Both the position numbers and the translations under genes were made by a program. From a virus (lineage: Duplodnaviria > Caudoviricetes), in the IMG/VR virus record IMGVR_UViG_3300025018_000500, positions 1-25,436 of that record: DNA of 25,436 nucleotides. The stretch is one strand, 5' to 3'. Each line of letters begins with the position of its first letter. Position 1 is the first letter of the stretch. Shown here one piece after another: positions 25,235 through 25,436 of the stretch. A model generated the notes under the pieces. It was not told the DNA's origin, ran no database searches, and saw only the letters and a program-made list of their open reading frames with translations.

Positions 25235-25436
25235 ATGTCACGCAACACCCGCAAACCCGCCCGCCGCCTCACCTATGCGCAGCGCCGCCGCGCCCACCAG
25301 GCGCGCCTTGCCGCGTCCTCGATCTGCTGCACGGCGCTCTCGACCGCTGCGCTGTTTGTCGGCGCGCTCGCAGCTGACAGCGGCGCGGTCGCCTATGCCG
25401 CTGGATCGTGGGCCGCTTGTGCCGTGTTCGGCGCGC
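25235..25436 (+). CDS. Divergent putative membrane protein, partial (runs off the window)
   Basis: AGGAGG 8 nt before the ATG at 25235. Open to the window end: MSRNTRKPARRLTYAQRRRAHQARLAASSICCTALSTAALFVGALAADSGAVAYAAGSWAACAVFGA (basic N-terminus, two hydrophobic stretches). Not in the supplied ORF track. Confidence 0.7.
   Translation, partial: MSRNTRKPARRLTYAQRRRAHQARLAASSICCTALSTAALFVGALAADSGAVAYAAGSWAACAVFGA

Overview
A 25.4 kb high-GC phage or prophage segment carrying an almost complete podovirus morphogenesis module on the minus strand, in T7-like / BPP-1- and epsilon15-like gene order. Reading right to left: small terminase, large terminase, a small gp7.3-like protein, a 228-aa unknown, portal, Bbp19-like protein, scaffold, major capsid, cement/decoration protein, tail adaptor, tail nozzle, a GNAT-like gp13 equivalent, four ejection (internal virion) proteins with an 88-aa gene inserted among them, a tailspike/fibre and a second small fibre-like protein. 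A non-coding region of about 1.2 kb (24022-25234) holds many inverted repeats and a mirror-symmetric origin-like array, followed by a divergent plus-strand gene cut off at the window edge. An alphaproteobacterial host is an inference only. Most interesting signals: (1) a two-hairpin RNA at the 3' end of the capsid operon whose loops are complementary to the predicted 5' ends of two distant transcripts (tail-fibre leader 17/17 pairs; divergent-gene leader 24/28); (2) three sigma70-like promoters that share an (ACGY-N3)x3 motif; (3) a 1551-aa ejection protein carrying a lytic transglycosylase-like domain, tandem wHTH-like motifs, a repeat-flanked ParB/Srx-like cassette and an Rmf-like motif. All family calls come from motif recognition and synteny by eye; no database search was run.
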